From positions 1,984,001 to 2,048,000 of the forward strand of contig CP075497.1 in the NCBI GenBank assembly GCA_021613535.1: a DNA stretch of 64,000 bases. Reading direction: 5' to 3'. Made by a program: the position numbers and the translations under genes. The stretch is from Adineta vaga. Taxonomy: Eukaryota; Animalia; Rotifera. Position 1 is the first letter of the stretch. Each line of letters begins with the position of its first letter. The notes beneath the pieces are model-generated. The model saw nothing but the letters and a program-made list of their open reading frames with translations, was not told the origin of the DNA and did not search any database. Positions 14,726-27,699 of this stretch are shown one piece after another.

Positions 14726-16040
14726 TTTAATTTCCTTTCCATTGTGCTTTTTCGTTTTTCATTAGATCCTCGAATACCTTCATGACGATATTCCGTATCA
14801 GTTAATCCTTCACAATATTTCAATTCAATTGCTTTTGCTTCACCAATCGCTTGTTTGATGCCATTTGATGCAATCTTCATTTCTAATTCTATTCCTTCAT
14901 TAAATGCTTCTTGAGCATTTCATCTTCGTCCTCTAACAGCCATTTGTTATGCTGGTACTGGGCCAACAAAATGAGTAAGTAATTGACTACCTCCACCATC
15001 AGGCATAATTCCTCGAGTAACTTCAGATAATGCAAATGATGCAGAATTCAAAACCACCAACTAAAAGATCTGATGTTGTTCTATCCATTGTTTCCATCGA
15101 ATTATACTTTAACGTTCTTGTAAATCAGCATCTAAACAAAATGATTGTCTTTCATTAGAAACAATGACTGCTCATCGAATATCTTTTGATGTATGAATTC
15201 CTTGACAATGAGTAATAAGTTGTTGTGCAAATTTTGTATTCAAAGATAAATATGTGAATGCTGCATACATGTATTTAAGAAAATCAAAACTATTACAAAG
15301 CAAAAAGATGAGGGTGTTGTAGGAGTGGAATATTGTTGTTTTTTATTGTGTCGATGATAATGACGGAGAGAAATCAAAATTTTTTGTCTTTGGTTGATCG
15401 TTCTTCATCATCTTGAACATAGGATAATTGATGAACACTTGAATCAAGTTTTGCTGCTTCTTTTTCATGTTTTTCATCGGCTTCAACGATTGTCTCTGCA
15501 TCTTCTTTACTGATTCTACCACGATTTTTTAATGTTGTATTCGTAATTGAACAAACTTTTTCTTCAACTTTTGTTTCACCACTTGCTAATTTTTCCCAAT
15601 ATTTTCTTGTTTCATCAATAACACGTTGTGCATAAGCACGATCACCATATTGTTCATTAAGTGCAAATTTATTTGGTGGTTTACCAGTTGGAACTTTATA
15701 ATATTTAAACCAACGACGTGTTGCTTCAAGTAGACCGGGCAGATGTTTATCAACATCATCGATATCATTGATCTAGAATGAAAGAAAAATATTTCTTTCG
15801 AGTCCTCGAAAAATGAAGCTTTACTTGTGTGGCGAGTTTATCTCGAATATCAATACCGATTAATTTCCAATCCGTTTCTCCTTCATCAATTAAACCAAGT
15901 ACGCCAACGATCTTAACAGGTATAATCGAACCAGTTGCATGAAGAGTTGTACCAATTTCGCAAACATCTAAAGGATCATTATCACCTGTTGTTTTCGTAT
16001 CTTCATCAACATGATTTGGATCTTCCCATGTTTGTGGTAA
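14726..16040. repeat. Direct segmental duplication, copy B (partner 8705-10019)
   Basis: See copy A. Confidence 0.95.
14727..15270 (-). pseudogene. Enoyl-CoA hydratase/crotonase pseudogene, copy B
   Basis: Same sequence and same lesions as copy A. Confidence 0.8.
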
Positions 16041-16609
16041 GGCACCATAATTCCATAAATAACCGTGATATGGAAAGACATTATGAACAAAACGCGGTTT
16101 ACCTTAAAAAGAGAATTGGTTGTCGTTTAAAATTTGATTTCGATAAAAGTCACCTCACCATTTTTAATATCTTGAACCAGTGGATTCATTTTGAGTTGCT
16201 TATTTATTTCCATTTTTGCATTTGTCCATCGTGGTACTTCAACAACCATATTATAAATTGTTTCACTTTGATCTTTGTTATGTTCTTCATTAACAAGTGG
16301 AATATCATGAAATGGTGATACAATTGTATTTGTTTGAGTATCTCGAAAATAACAACGATAATTTAATGTATGTAATTGTCCACGTTGAACAATTTCATAA
16401 CGACGATTTTCATTGTCACTTGATTTGGGTGCTTTACTTGCTAATGCTTCACCTTGAGTACCTTTGTTTACATCTGGTTTTTTGGGTGTCGTGGACATTA
16501 TAGAAAACGGTTTGGAATTGATCAAATGATTGTTCGTTGAAGATAGAGATGCAGTCGTTGTTTCTAGAATGAACGAGGATAAAGAAAAGAATCGTCGAAG
16601 TAAAAACAT
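15374..16609 (-). CDS. PPA: Family I inorganic pyrophosphatase; 3 exons
   Basis: [78 protein letters not shown]. Introns at 16103-16158 and 15773-15824. Confidence 0.96.
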
Positions 16610-17290
16610 TGATTTTCTGAAAACATAATTGAAAAAAAAACACAAAAATCAAAACAGAAAAATAACACAAATCAGGTAACCCATGAATAAGTTGATCTTC
16701 CATCTGAATGCACGAAAAAAAACAAATCTTTATCGTTACTAAATATAAGAATTAGATTTGAGATGTTATGTTCCGAAGTAAATTACGAGCAAGAAATAGT
16801 TGTTGTTTTTTTGTAAATGCAAGTCACTAGATACCTTTTCGAGGAATTCTTTCCTGACTTCCTTTGACGTCAATTCCAAAAGAATAATGAAAAATAAGAA
16901 CGGTAAAACGTTTCTTTTTTTAAAATCAAACATGACGCATGCAATGTTGTTTTGAGATAAATTCTTTACTCAAGTATGAGAATGAAAAAACAACAACTCT
17001 TAAGACAATCGGAAAACTATTTTAATTGAATGTTTCAACGGAATTATTACTCAATATATCCAATAATTCTTTGGTTTTCCATAGGCCAAAGGTGAATTTA
17101 AAAATTAACGAAATAGAAAATTTTAGTTTACAAAAATTCTTCACTTTTTTAATCTGAAATTTCCTTCAACATAACATGATGTTTTTTTCTGTTAAATGTA
17201 CCAGTGACCTCTATGTTTATGTTGTTATGGTAATAAAAGGAATAATGGTAACATTAATTGATTTTGACTATTGATTAAAAGCAAACAAAA

Positions 17291-18466
17291 ATGTCACCAA
17301 AAGGAAAGAAAGTCGTACTAGAAAAGAAGACTTGTGATGAACAACACGAAATACGTCTTCCTTCTGAAAGAGAAACGGCTCTACGAACAAAGTAAATCAT
17401 TTTAAGTACTTAAAAAGTTCTTAACTGAAGTATTTTTAGACTCGAACAGAAAGTAAAAGATTTAACTGAGTTAAAAATGCGTGTTAAAAAAGCGTAAGTA
17501 AAAGTTCTATTGTCATAAATGTTTAACTTTTGTTCTGTTTATAAAAGTGAAGAACAACACAAATGGCTTGATAAAGAAGCACGTAGACTTCAAATAGAAA
17601 CGGTAAAAAAACACGTTCTTTTTCCTATAAAGCGAAAAAAAGTCAATGTGATTTTAGAGTGAATATAAACAATTCATATTGAGAAAGAAAAATATTCGAG
17701 AAACACAAATGATCACATTAAGTGATTATCATCGAGAAGAAATTGAAAATATTAATCAGAGTAAAGATACTATGATAGAAAAATCTCAACAAAGGAAAGA
17801 AGGTAATATATATTTAAATATTTTGAAAAATTCCCTTATTCAAACTATGATGTAGAGTTACGATTACAATTTATCGAAAAATCTCAATTACTATTGAAAG
17901 CACAACATGAATTAGAAGAAATGGATGGATACAAAGTAAGAATTAAGAAAAATCAGAGAGAGAGAGGAGATTAAGTTTATTTATTTGTAGATAATCCGAG
18001 ATCAACGAAGGGAAGAAATTAAACATTTAGAACAAGCAGTTAAACAAATGCGAGCTGATCATGTTCATGAAATTGATCGTTTTAAATTAGATTTTCGAAA
18101 TGAATGTGAAGATAATCGAATTTATGAAAATATTAAACTTGAAGAATTTGAAAAACAAGCGAAACAAGTAAGTTTGATTGAAAAGTAAACTAAATGATGT
18201 TTAATACGAATGAATATTAGGAAGCAGAACAATATCTTTATGACCAAACAATAAGTATTCAAAATGAAAATACAGGATTAAGAAAAAAAATACGAAATAT
18301 ATTAAAACAACAGCAAGAATTAAATAAATTAAGAAAAAAATTAGAAGAAGAACAATTATATTTGATTGGTCGTTTGAAAATAGTTACTGATTTAAAGAAA
18401 ATACGTTTAGATAAAGCATCAGTCAATATTCCAAAGAAATCATCGAAATCTATTCTATATCATTAA
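17291..18466 (+). CDS. Coiled-coil protein, CCDC166/CCDC121 (DUF4515)-like; 7 exons
   Basis: Manual splice: MSPKGKK..PSERETALRTK..ITLSDYHREEI..QNENTGLRKKI... Continuous frame across six short GT-AG introns. Confidence 0.7.
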
Positions 18467-18563
18467 GATAAAATTATCTATTTTATTATTGTTGTTGTTG
18501 TAAATTTCCTTTTGTGCAATATTTATTCAGTCATTCCTTATCTCATCTATTTTAATAAACAAC

Positions 18564-19931
18564 ATGTCTATGATAAGACATAATATTATAAAGAGAAAAG
18601 ATTCAATGATCTGTATAGTTTTGTCTTTTATTTTATTGTCTTCTGTATGCAATATAAATGCTCGAAGAAATATTCAATATTTGATTTTTGAAGGTGGTGG
18701 TCCTGATGAAGGTCCAGGACCGAATCAAACTGAAAATATCGCTTCATTAAAACGTACATTTGGAGAAATTAATCCATGTGCTAATCGTATGTATGCATAT
18801 GGCAAACAACAAATGAGAATTTTGACACGATCCATTGCTTTTGTTCGTTCAGAATTAGAAATAGCTTTTGATTTAGCTGAACAAACGAATATACCACTTT
18901 TTATTCATATTGATCCGATTTATGGTTGGGGTGCAGATGAAGAAAATTCAACGGACAATGCACCAGCGATTAAATATTGGAAAAACGAAACAATGAGAGA
19001 ATGGATTGAATTTCCATCGAATGAAACACAGTTACCCAATCGAATCCCTCGTACTTGGTTTAACTGGGGTTCTTGGTGTTCACCATCATCTGCATTTCCA
19101 GCAATTGGTGCACCAAATTTTCTGAATTTTTCATCGATACAATTCAATGAAAGTATTAGTCAACCTCTTGGTCAATGGTTAGAAAAACTAAATCATCAAA
19201 ATCGATCTTATCTATTTGCTGGAATTAATATTGGATGGGAAACAAATATTCTTAATTATCGACAAATTGATCCAACTCATCTACCTACAGCAGTATGGCC
19301 TTTGAATGCAAGAAATATATCAATGAAATCATGGGAAGCAGGTGCTCAACTTGGTTATGCTTCACTTTATTGGCAAGGATGGACAGAAGAGAAACTTGTT
19401 CGTGAAGCTCAACATCGAAATCTAACACGAAACGAATTGTTTAACTTACTTTGTTATGAAATAATTCATAATTATTTACAAATTTTAGCTCAAATTTGTT
19501 ATAATAATCAAATTCCGAGAGAACGAATCTATACTCATATAGTTCCAATGGCTTCCGTTGATCCTTCCCGTACTGAAACAACTATTCCACCTATATGGAC
19601 TGCAGTAAATTCTTATTCTATTCCAGGATTTACAATGGATAATCGAGGTGCAGCAATTTATAATTTGACCGAACTTAAACATCAAATAACTATTGTAGAT
19701 CCTTCTCAATCTCATTTTGCTGTTAGTGAATCTTACCTTTTTAATTATGGTGATGAAGAAAGTATGCGTGAAAATCTAGCAGAAGCATTTCATAATGGTG
19801 CTTTGATAAAAGCAGTCTATGGTGCATTACCATTTGCAAGTGAAGATCCTCAACCAATAGGAGCGATCAAAGCAGTACAACAATGGCTAAATTTTAATGA
19901 AACATCTTCTTTCTCGAGAAAGATAATTTGA
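18564..19931 (+). CDS. Intronless secreted protein, possibly a glycoside-hydrolase-like TIM barrel
   Basis: 455-aa ORF with a hydrophobic signal (ICIVLSFILLSSVCNINA), Trp-rich. LFAGINIGWET and FAVSESY resemble the two Glu-bearing strands of clan GH-A enzymes (inference). Confidence 0.8.
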   Translation: MSMIRHNIIKRKDSMICIVLSFILLSSVCNINARRNIQYLIFEGGGPDEGPGPNQTENIASLKRTFGEINPCANRMYAYGKQQMRILTRSIAFVRSELEIAFDLAEQTNIPLFIHIDPIYGWGADEENSTDNAPAIKYWKNETMREWIEFPSNETQLPNRIPRTWFNWGSWCSPSSAFPAIGAPNFLNFSSIQFNESISQPLGQWLEKLNHQNRSYLFAGINIGWETNILNYRQIDPTHLPTAVWPLNARNISMKSWEAGAQLGYASLYWQGWTEEKLVREAQHRNLTRNELFNLLCYEIIHNYLQILAQICYNNQIPRERIYTHIVPMASVDPSRTETTIPPIWTAVNSYSIPGFTMDNRGAAIYNLTELKHQITIVDPSQSHFAVSESYLFNYGDEESMRENLAEAFHNGALIKAVYGALPFASEDPQPIGAIKAVQQWLNFNETSSFSRKII

Positions 19932-20000
19932 GAAATTTAATATCTATATTTTATTAAATCGTTTATTTGTAAATCTAATTTTTACCAAACAAAAGCACTT

Positions 20001-20552
20001 CTAAGCAAGTAGTTGATCAATTCGTCCATCAATTTCTTCAATCCGTATTTTCTTCTCATTTTCCTCGACACTTTTCGCTTCTTGATTCAACAATCGTTTT
20101 GCTTCTTCATAATTCAATTTTGCTAAACTTCGTTGATCAATTCGTGCTAGAGCAAGTCCTTCTTCAAGTAATAATTTCGATAAATCATTAGCCATTTGTT
20201 CATACAACTCATCTTCAATCGTAAATATTCCTTTTACTTTTATTTCACCTTCCATGGCTTGACGAGCTCGATCAAGATCTGCACAAAAAACATAAATGCT
20301 CTGTAAACAAATGTGACATGACAGTCTTGGAACTAATAAACGAGACATGCCACCAGACATCACACTAATTATTTTGTTATTCGTTGCGTTTTCAACATAA
20401 GATGTAAATTCATCTGACAAATTGAAATATAACCATTGAGAAATAAATGTTGACAAAGTTTCAAAACGTTCTTTGATATATCTATGCATTCCTGCTTCAC
20501 CAATACCTTGATCTACCCATGCCACTATAATTGATGGTCTCTTTGCCGACAT
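20001..20552 (-). CDS. Receiver-like alpha/beta domain protein with a C-terminal TPR-like helical hairpin
   Basis: VAWVD..IISVMSG..LVPRL..LQSIYVFC..KVKGIFT pattern typical of the domain found in bdelloid TPR/ADP-ribosyltransferase proteins; C-terminal AKLNYEEAKRLL. Confidence 0.7.
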   Translation of the reverse strand: MSAKRPSIIVAWVDQGIGEAGMHRYIKERFETLSTFISQWLYFNLSDEFTSYVENATNNKIISVMSGGMSRLLVPRLSCHICLQSIYVFCADLDRARQAMEGEIKVKGIFTIEDELYEQMANDLSKLLLEEGLALARIDQRSLAKLNYEEAKRLLNQEAKSVEENEKKIRIEEIDGRIDQLLA

Positions 20553-23139
20553 CAGTGTACAATTATATGGATAGTTTTCGACTTCGATAGGAATAAGAAT
20601 ATGATAGATGGCGGTTAAATATACATGAGTGTATTGGTTTTTTCCTTTTTTTTCATGTAGGAGAAGAAACCATTAAAAAAGGGAAACTGCCAACATGACA
20701 CCTACTAATGGGTAAAGTTGAGATGACTGACTGTGCATATGAATGGAGATATTTATTCTTTCCTTACACTTCAATACGCACGTTACATTATGTTTTTCTA
20801 ATGACATGACCTTCGATCTCAAAGGTATTTTATATCACTATTTGCATTGTTAATTCTACTCGGAATAACATCAGTAGCATTTCACACATTTAATACACGA
20901 AAGTTGAGCCATCTTGAAGGTGTGGATACGAATGATAATCAATAAATTCTTCATTGATAAAGGATCTGATTGAAATAAATTAAGGGGATGAAAAGGACTA
21001 GATGGAGTTTATAATCTATGTCTTTTATGACTAAAAGTAGAGACATACAATTCAAATTTTCCGCAAACTCTTCACTTAATGTATCGAAATCTTGGAAAAG
21101 CTATTGGATTTCTACAATCGAATCTTTAATCGATTCAATTAATTAGTTGAAACTAATGAATCACATTTTCTCACTCCATATCTGCGTTCGATGAGAATTC
21201 GATTCCAAAATTGATTTCTTTTGTATCAACTTTGTCTCTTGAGTTTTCCATATGCTCATTTCTCACACAAATCACAATCAAAAATGAAGTATTATGTATT
21301 TGATCAATAGTTCATTTTCAAATAAAGTAGAAGAAAAAGCTTTTTAGTTTGTCGTACTTTTGTTTTCTTGCAATCCAAATAATAAACTTAACAAAATGAT
21401 TCTCTCTATTTTATTTATTATCACCTTCGATTGATTCACAGGTACGGCTTATTTTTTAATAGAACAAATAAATCTTTTGACAACAATAAATTGTTTCATT
21501 GAATTATTATAAATCTTCAATTCTTTTCTGCACCAGCCGACAATTAGAAATATTTTCATTTTTAATTGTTACTATTCATGACTAGTTGACAAAGATTAAT
21601 ATGATTTCGTCGCCTTTATCGTTTTTTCAGGATAACAGGATGAAGTTTTCTCCTTTTTTCATATGGCGAATGATTCGAAGTTGAGACGAGTAGAATGCTG
21701 ATGAAAGTGATTTCTTTTAGTGAATTTTATGCATTATATCTGTATTCGATAGAAATACAGAAAATATAGATATAAACTCAAAAGTCGAACGAGATGAGTC
21801 ACTTGTAATCATTCGATGTCGTTATTTTATCAAATATGTCAATGTCAACATGCCATTCATTACCAGAATCTTCTGATCTCTAATTCAATACGTATTTGAG
21901 ATTCTCAATATAAAATCAAGGATTACTTTCTAAAGCTCTACTTTTTTTAACCTATGATCATCTTTTTAAATAAATAAATACGCAGAATCAGTTCTACTTA
22001 TGAATTTCTATCCTAATGCAAGAGCAAATAAGTAGATGTGCATGTCAGATAGATTCGATTGAACAACGCATTTCAAACTGTTACGATCATTTGTGTTACT
22101 GTAAAAACTAAATCCTACTTCACGATCTATTTTTGTTGATATTCTTTTTATCAACTTTTGCATTTCATTTGTAACAAGTTTGTTGTTCACGATGAATAAC
22201 TATTGCGGGTGTATAGATGGATCAAAGAACACTGACGAATAAGCAGAAACAAATATTAAAATATCACCAACAAACTAGAAATACAAAGTTAAAATACCTC
22301 CTTTCGATCTAGTTCATAGATAGATCGATAGTTCTTCTTCTCCGAAAACATTAATTGAAATCATCAACTCAAGTACATGATGGATATCATCAGTAACTCG
22401 ATCATACATATATTATATTGGAACATTAGAAATTAAAGAAACACACTTTACCAGATATCTCATTCATCAATAAATGAAAGTCAATTCTACAAAAGAAAGC
22501 TGTACACACCACGAACAAAATACAAGTTTATCGGTGAAAATACGACTTAGCATCACTCTCTTCTAAAATGCTGTTTTCTACTCATTTCATCCTAATACAT
22601 TATTTGATGGAATTCACGCCACAGATCACATTTACTAACATATACATCGAACGACTAGTCAAACATCAACTTCTCTGGAACAAAATAGATGAGTTGAAGC
22701 TTGTACTGTTATTAATTTGTTTCCGATCAATTTGATGATTTGCACCGAAAATCAGACGACGTTATTTGTCTGTTAAGAAGTCATTGTTAAAAGTAGACCC
22801 CATCATTAGTCATTCGACCATTTCTAATTCTATGATACCCAATCTACACTATTCCGCTATGTTAATCAAGCTTCACAAAATAGGACTCTTTAACACTGCG
22901 ATATCTTATGAATAAAACTAGGAGTACTCTCACATATCCGATATGCCGCAACTGATTAAAACATGAAATATGCAAATTTCTTTTATTCGAATTTCATGAG
23001 ACTTCAAATAGAAAGATGATCATGAATATGTCTCTTCATCATGAAGAAATTAAATAGAGCAGCGTTCAATACGAAATACGAAAATTCTGAAAGAAAATAA
23101 AACCAGAATAAATGTTTCATACAGATCGAAAGACACCAA

Positions 23140-23990
23140 ACATTTTCATGTTCACTCGTGAATCATCAGCCAAGTGCTGTTTTCCTTGATCACCGATATC
23201 ATTGCCATGACGATCCAGTGTGGTGAGTGTCTGAAGAAAAGAGTGACACGAAAGAAGACGATCAAAGAGCGAATTGAAAACACTGTATTTACTCGCTGCG
23301 TGTCTGCTAAGAATAATACTGCCTTAAGGGATAAAGAGCGTCTAGACTCTAGGTAATACTGTATTATAAACCGTAGTTAGTAGTCGAATACCGGAAACTG
23401 ACAGATACTCGTATTGGATTTCAAACCAGCGATGAGTTTTTTCGGTTGTGCTTAGCACGCTGTTTTTCTGAGTAAGTATGTGGTTTTTTGTTGAAGCGAC
23501 AATTTATTGAAATGTGACTGCATAGTCTTTCGGTGCCCAGGTTGACTAATCCAACGTTGGATCGGATCGTCGGATTCCGACGGAATCCGGTATAGGATCC
23601 GATCGAATCCGAGTACGGGATTGGTGAGCCTGGGTGGAAATAAATGGAAGTAAGAATAAGAAGATATTATAAGCAAATGTTGTTGTTCGGTGATACTTTT
23701 TGAGTGCGGTAGTATTTAACGAAGAAATGAAGGGAAGAGAGGATTGGTGTGAATAGGTCTGAAAGAGAGTGAGCACATCTTTATTGTCGCGGATTTCTCA
23801 GCCATTGTTTCTCATGTCTTCATTCTTCAGGAATAACTGGGAACAAATCGTATCATTTTGTTGCGGTATATGTTGAAAGTGATTTTGAACACTCTTTCAT
23901 GAATGCTTTCTCTAGTATGTTTTGTGGATTACTGTTTTCTAGAGCTCAAGTGCGGATTCCGATCGAAGAAAAGGTGAATTCTAAGAAAAT
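23140..23990 (-). pseudogene. Decayed RI-like/NLRC3-type LRR gene
   Basis: Exon after the ttcttcag acceptor at 23231: TLTTLDRHGNDIGDQGKQHLADDSRVN. Further degenerate exon-like stretches upstream. Confidence 0.6.
23536..23634. mobile_element. CCCAGG...CCTGGG MITE (probably CMC/EnSpm type), short copy
   Basis: Termini CCCAGGTTGACTAATCC / GGATTGGTGAGCCTGGG, internal GGATCCGA/GGAATCCG repeats, flanking TG/TG possible 2-bp TSD. Related to 32816-33087. Confidence 0.75.
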
Positions 23991-24015
23991 TTTTGGTTTT
24001 GTATCGTTTTCTTCA

Positions 24016-24384
24016 TCGGTTTGAAGCTAGCACGACGGAGCTAGCATGACGAAACAAAGATTTAGCTAAAAATTTTTTATAAAGTTAGTCCCATTCATAA
24101 AGACGAGTCCATTCGACTCAGAATTTAATTCTACATCGAATGGTGCTACTTTTATTCACGGGACAAGCTTTGGAAAAATGTTATCTAGGTTTTTTTCTCT
24201 TACATAGGAGGAAAATAAAGATGTATGCAAAACTTTTCCCAAAGCTTGTCCCATGACTAAAACTAGCACCATTCGATGTAGAATTAAATTCTGAGTCGAA
24301 TGGACTCGTCTTTATGAATGGGACTAACTTTATAAAAAAAGTTTTAGCTAAATCTTTGTTTCGTCGTGCTAGCTTCACACCGAT
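24016..24384. mobile_element. Foldback MITE with ~150-bp inverted arms
   Basis: Left arm 24016-24178 is the reverse complement of right arm 24234-24384 (e.g. GTCCCATTCATAAAGACGAGTCCATTCGACTCAG / CTGAGTCGAATGGACTCGTCTTTATGAATGGGAC), with a ~55-bp spacer. Confidence 0.9.
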
Positions 24385-24563
24385 TTTTTTTTCTTCTTCT
24401 TCTTTCTTCTTTCATTCGGATAAGGTAACAATATAAGGAATTTAGTCGTTTAGAAATACAAATGTTTCATTTGTTTTAGATAGTGTAGCACAAGTTTCAT
24501 CACAAACAGAAGAACAAGAATTATTTCATTTGATTGTTGATATAATCAACCTATATGCCGCAG

Positions 24564-24750
24564 CAGTAATGGGCAACGCCGGGGGTAACCAGCTCCGACT
24601 CTGAGTGAAAAAGCGTCAACTCGGGAGTTAACTCTAACTCCAGTTCAACTCCACAGTAGGATTTACCTGTACTTACTGCAAAAAAAGTAGATCAGTTGGA
24701 GTTGAATTGGAGTTGAAAAAAAGTGTTAACTCTAACTCCACTCCAATTCA
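24564..24750. mobile_element. One end of a hAT-like non-autonomous element with AACTC/GAGTT subterminal repeats
   Basis: Starts CAGTAATGGGCA and carries repeated AACTC(C)/GGAGTT motifs in both orientations. The other terminus was not found. Confidence 0.5.
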
Positions 24751-25313
24751 ATATCGATATCCAAAATGATTTATTTCAAGGAATAAAACCATTAGATTAT
24801 TATTCCCTTTTCTGAAAGAAAGGGTTATAGGCACGTTAAATAGGGTCGTTAAAATGCTTAAAGTTTGTTTGTTTTTCCAAGCCAATCAGGTGAAAGCAGC
24901 GTATAAATCGATGAAAACTTACCCCTGGTCATCGGACAACGATTCGTCATATGTAATCGAGATCGAGGAATACGAATCTTGGGTTCCTTTCCTAAAAATA
25001 TTTTTCTATGAACCATAATTAATTAATTGTTATTTCTTATTTGTCTAATCCAGTCAGATTGCAGCAATATAAAAATTCATGAAAATTTACTAATAATCAT
25101 CTGTAAATGATTTACCCAAAAGTAATCGAAGTCGAGGATTTCAAATCTGATGTTAGCTTTTCATAATTCTAATCAATTATTATAATTATTGCGAAACTGA
25201 AAATAACCTGTTATTAAGCATAAAAGAAAAAATTCTGACTATGAATTATTTAACAAAGCTACTAGGTTAATTGAAGAAATGTTTTTTCAGTAGAAGTTGA
25301 GGGTGTGCGTCTG

Positions 25314-25444
25314 CAAGGGGGAAAAAGCGGATCCTGGATACTCAAATCCTATAAAACTTTCGGACCCTCATGGGTTATCATTGGTTATCATGAACTGTGT
25401 GATCGCAGGAACTATGAGGATCCAGGATCGGCCTTTTCTCCTTG
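25314..25444. mobile_element. 131-bp MITE nested in a TGTGGG-repeat element
   Basis: TIRs CAAGGGGGAAAAAGCGGATCCTGGATACTCA / TGAGGATCCAGGATCGGCCTTTTCTCCTTG; flanks TG/TG. Confidence 0.75.
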
Positions 25445-26657
25445 TGTGGATGCAAGTATGTGCGTACTCTGTCAACGAACACTTACACCCACGCCTTATT
25501 CCTTCCACAGAAAGGAGCGTCGTATAGAAAAAAAGTTTCTGTGCGCTTTTGTTTCAGTGTCAAAGGTCAAAAAACCATTTTTTGCAAGACTGTCTTAAAC
25601 ATCAGAAACCGAGAGTAGATTAAGGGTAGGATGATAGGTGGGGTCAATGTGAAAGATCAAGGGTTAAAAGTTAAAGGCTGCACAAAATCAAAATATTGCT
25701 CTACCCTTCAGTACGAGCTAAGTACGCGCTTTCGACAGATACAATATCAGACTACAATCAGTCGGTCGTTATTTATTCATAAAATCATTAAAAGTTTAGT
25801 AATATTGAAATAGAAACTATTGATCATTCTAGAGATGATAATACAATAAATGAACACATAGGTAGAATCGAACCCGGAGCAGGTTTGAGAAAAATAAAGT
25901 ACAGTCAATTTTGTCTAGTTTGAAAACTATTAGAATCAATGAAAAACATAGGGGAATAAGCAAATCATATAAGAACATCTTAGAAATACGATGGCATAGA
26001 CATGCAACAGTCTCAGTTAACTAGGTGAGAGTCAGACTCGAACTTAGTTTATACTTTCATGTATTTTCTTTTGCTTTTGAGAATATTTGATACATCACCA
26101 ATTGTTAATACGAAAAATTTATCTCGCACATCACGATAAGATGAACCGGCTTTGTTTTCTTTAATTTAATTAAATTTCTTGTTAAGATCTTTAAGGATAG
26201 ACGTATTTGAAATAAAGATTGCCTTACGTCGAACTAATAGAATGAAATTAGTTTATGAGGGTATGGAGTGTGAGCGTGAAAAGTAGAGACTATCGGTATC
26301 TACCCTCAAAGATTTCCTTTTCTGATTGAACTTTTGTTGAATATCACATGCAAAAATATCCTTTCTTAAAACGAACTCTTTTGTAAAACTCAAAAAATTA
26401 CTAATGAAAAATACGTATCTTGAGTGTATACTGACACTGATAATCACACACGTCAGACGAAACTCCACTCAATACATACGTTAACGCCATCGTTCTGCAT
26501 AAAAGAACTATTCGCTTTTGTTGAAATCATCAGATTCCATTATCTTTTTCGAAAAAAAAAATACAATACTATCAGTAAAGCGAATTTCTTTTCATAACGA
26601 ACGAAACATATTCAATAGCCTGTATTCTCAACAAACTTTGTGGAATTTAAAGCGAAT

Positions 26658-27699
26658 ATGTACACATTTTCAACATTACCGATTGAACTCGTCTATCGAA
26701 TTTTGGATCATCTGTCTAGTTTTACACTATTTTGCTCCATGCAAAATGTTTGCCAACGTTTTAATCAAATTCTGAACATTTATCATCGATATCAAGTAAG
26801 TTTGCAAAGTGCTTTACCTATTTTCTCATCTGTTCAAGCACACATGAGCCTCGCAATATCTAACTTAATCAGTTTACTCCAAGAAGAAGCAAATTTCACA
26901 ATTCCGAAGCAATTTTCACGAGTCAACCAAACACAACATTGACTCATGCTATTAAAACAACCCTTCCTCTCACCTGTTCTTTTCTATCTATGCCCATAAA
27001 ATATATATCTTATTAAACGTGCACTCATGTGCCGCACCAGAACAAAACCGCAGCATTAAAACACCTATCCCGTTTCGAACAAATATCTCTATTGCAACTC
27101 TTAAACAAGGCAACAACTATCTTTGAAACACACCGAATAAAATAAAGTGAATTGTTTTATATTCTAACCCAACTCAATACGATCTTTCGCAAACCAAATC
27201 TAAAAATAAAAATCCAAAACCATTCGAAACAAACAAGTATCACTACATTCAGTACAGTACTCACTCTGCTCATTCGACGATTCGAACATTAACTCAGTAA
27301 TAATCAGACGAGCAACGATTTCTCTTTTCACTCCATGAACCCAGATCGAACACTTTCACACACTGCCGCAACTCCTCTTGCATAATGCTATATCTAATTA
27401 AAAAACCTTACTCTAAAGTTCCGATTGCTTTACCCACATTCTCGAAAGGAATATTCTATACATAGACACTCACCACACTAAATCTCGAGAACAATCGAAT
27501 CGACGATCTAGGAGCACTACATATTGGTGATGCCTTGCGAACAAACACAGTAATATTCATTCGCTCTTGTCCTAAATGACACATCCGTACTCTCTCTCCT
27601 CTATAAACACTTACCACAGTAAATCTCGGGGGCAATCAAATCGGCGACCAACAAAGAAAGTATCTCCGAAATGTTTTTGGAGATAGGTTGACGTTGTAG
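26658..27699 (+). pseudogene. F-box plus RI-like LRR gene, probably a pseudogene
   Basis: MYTFSTLPIELVYRILDHL..MQNVCQRFNQIL (F-box); exons TLTTLNLENNRIDDLGAHYIGDALRTNT and TLTTVNLGGNQIGD. The last acceptor is mutated (ataa) and the middle exons are degenerate. Confidence 0.75.
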
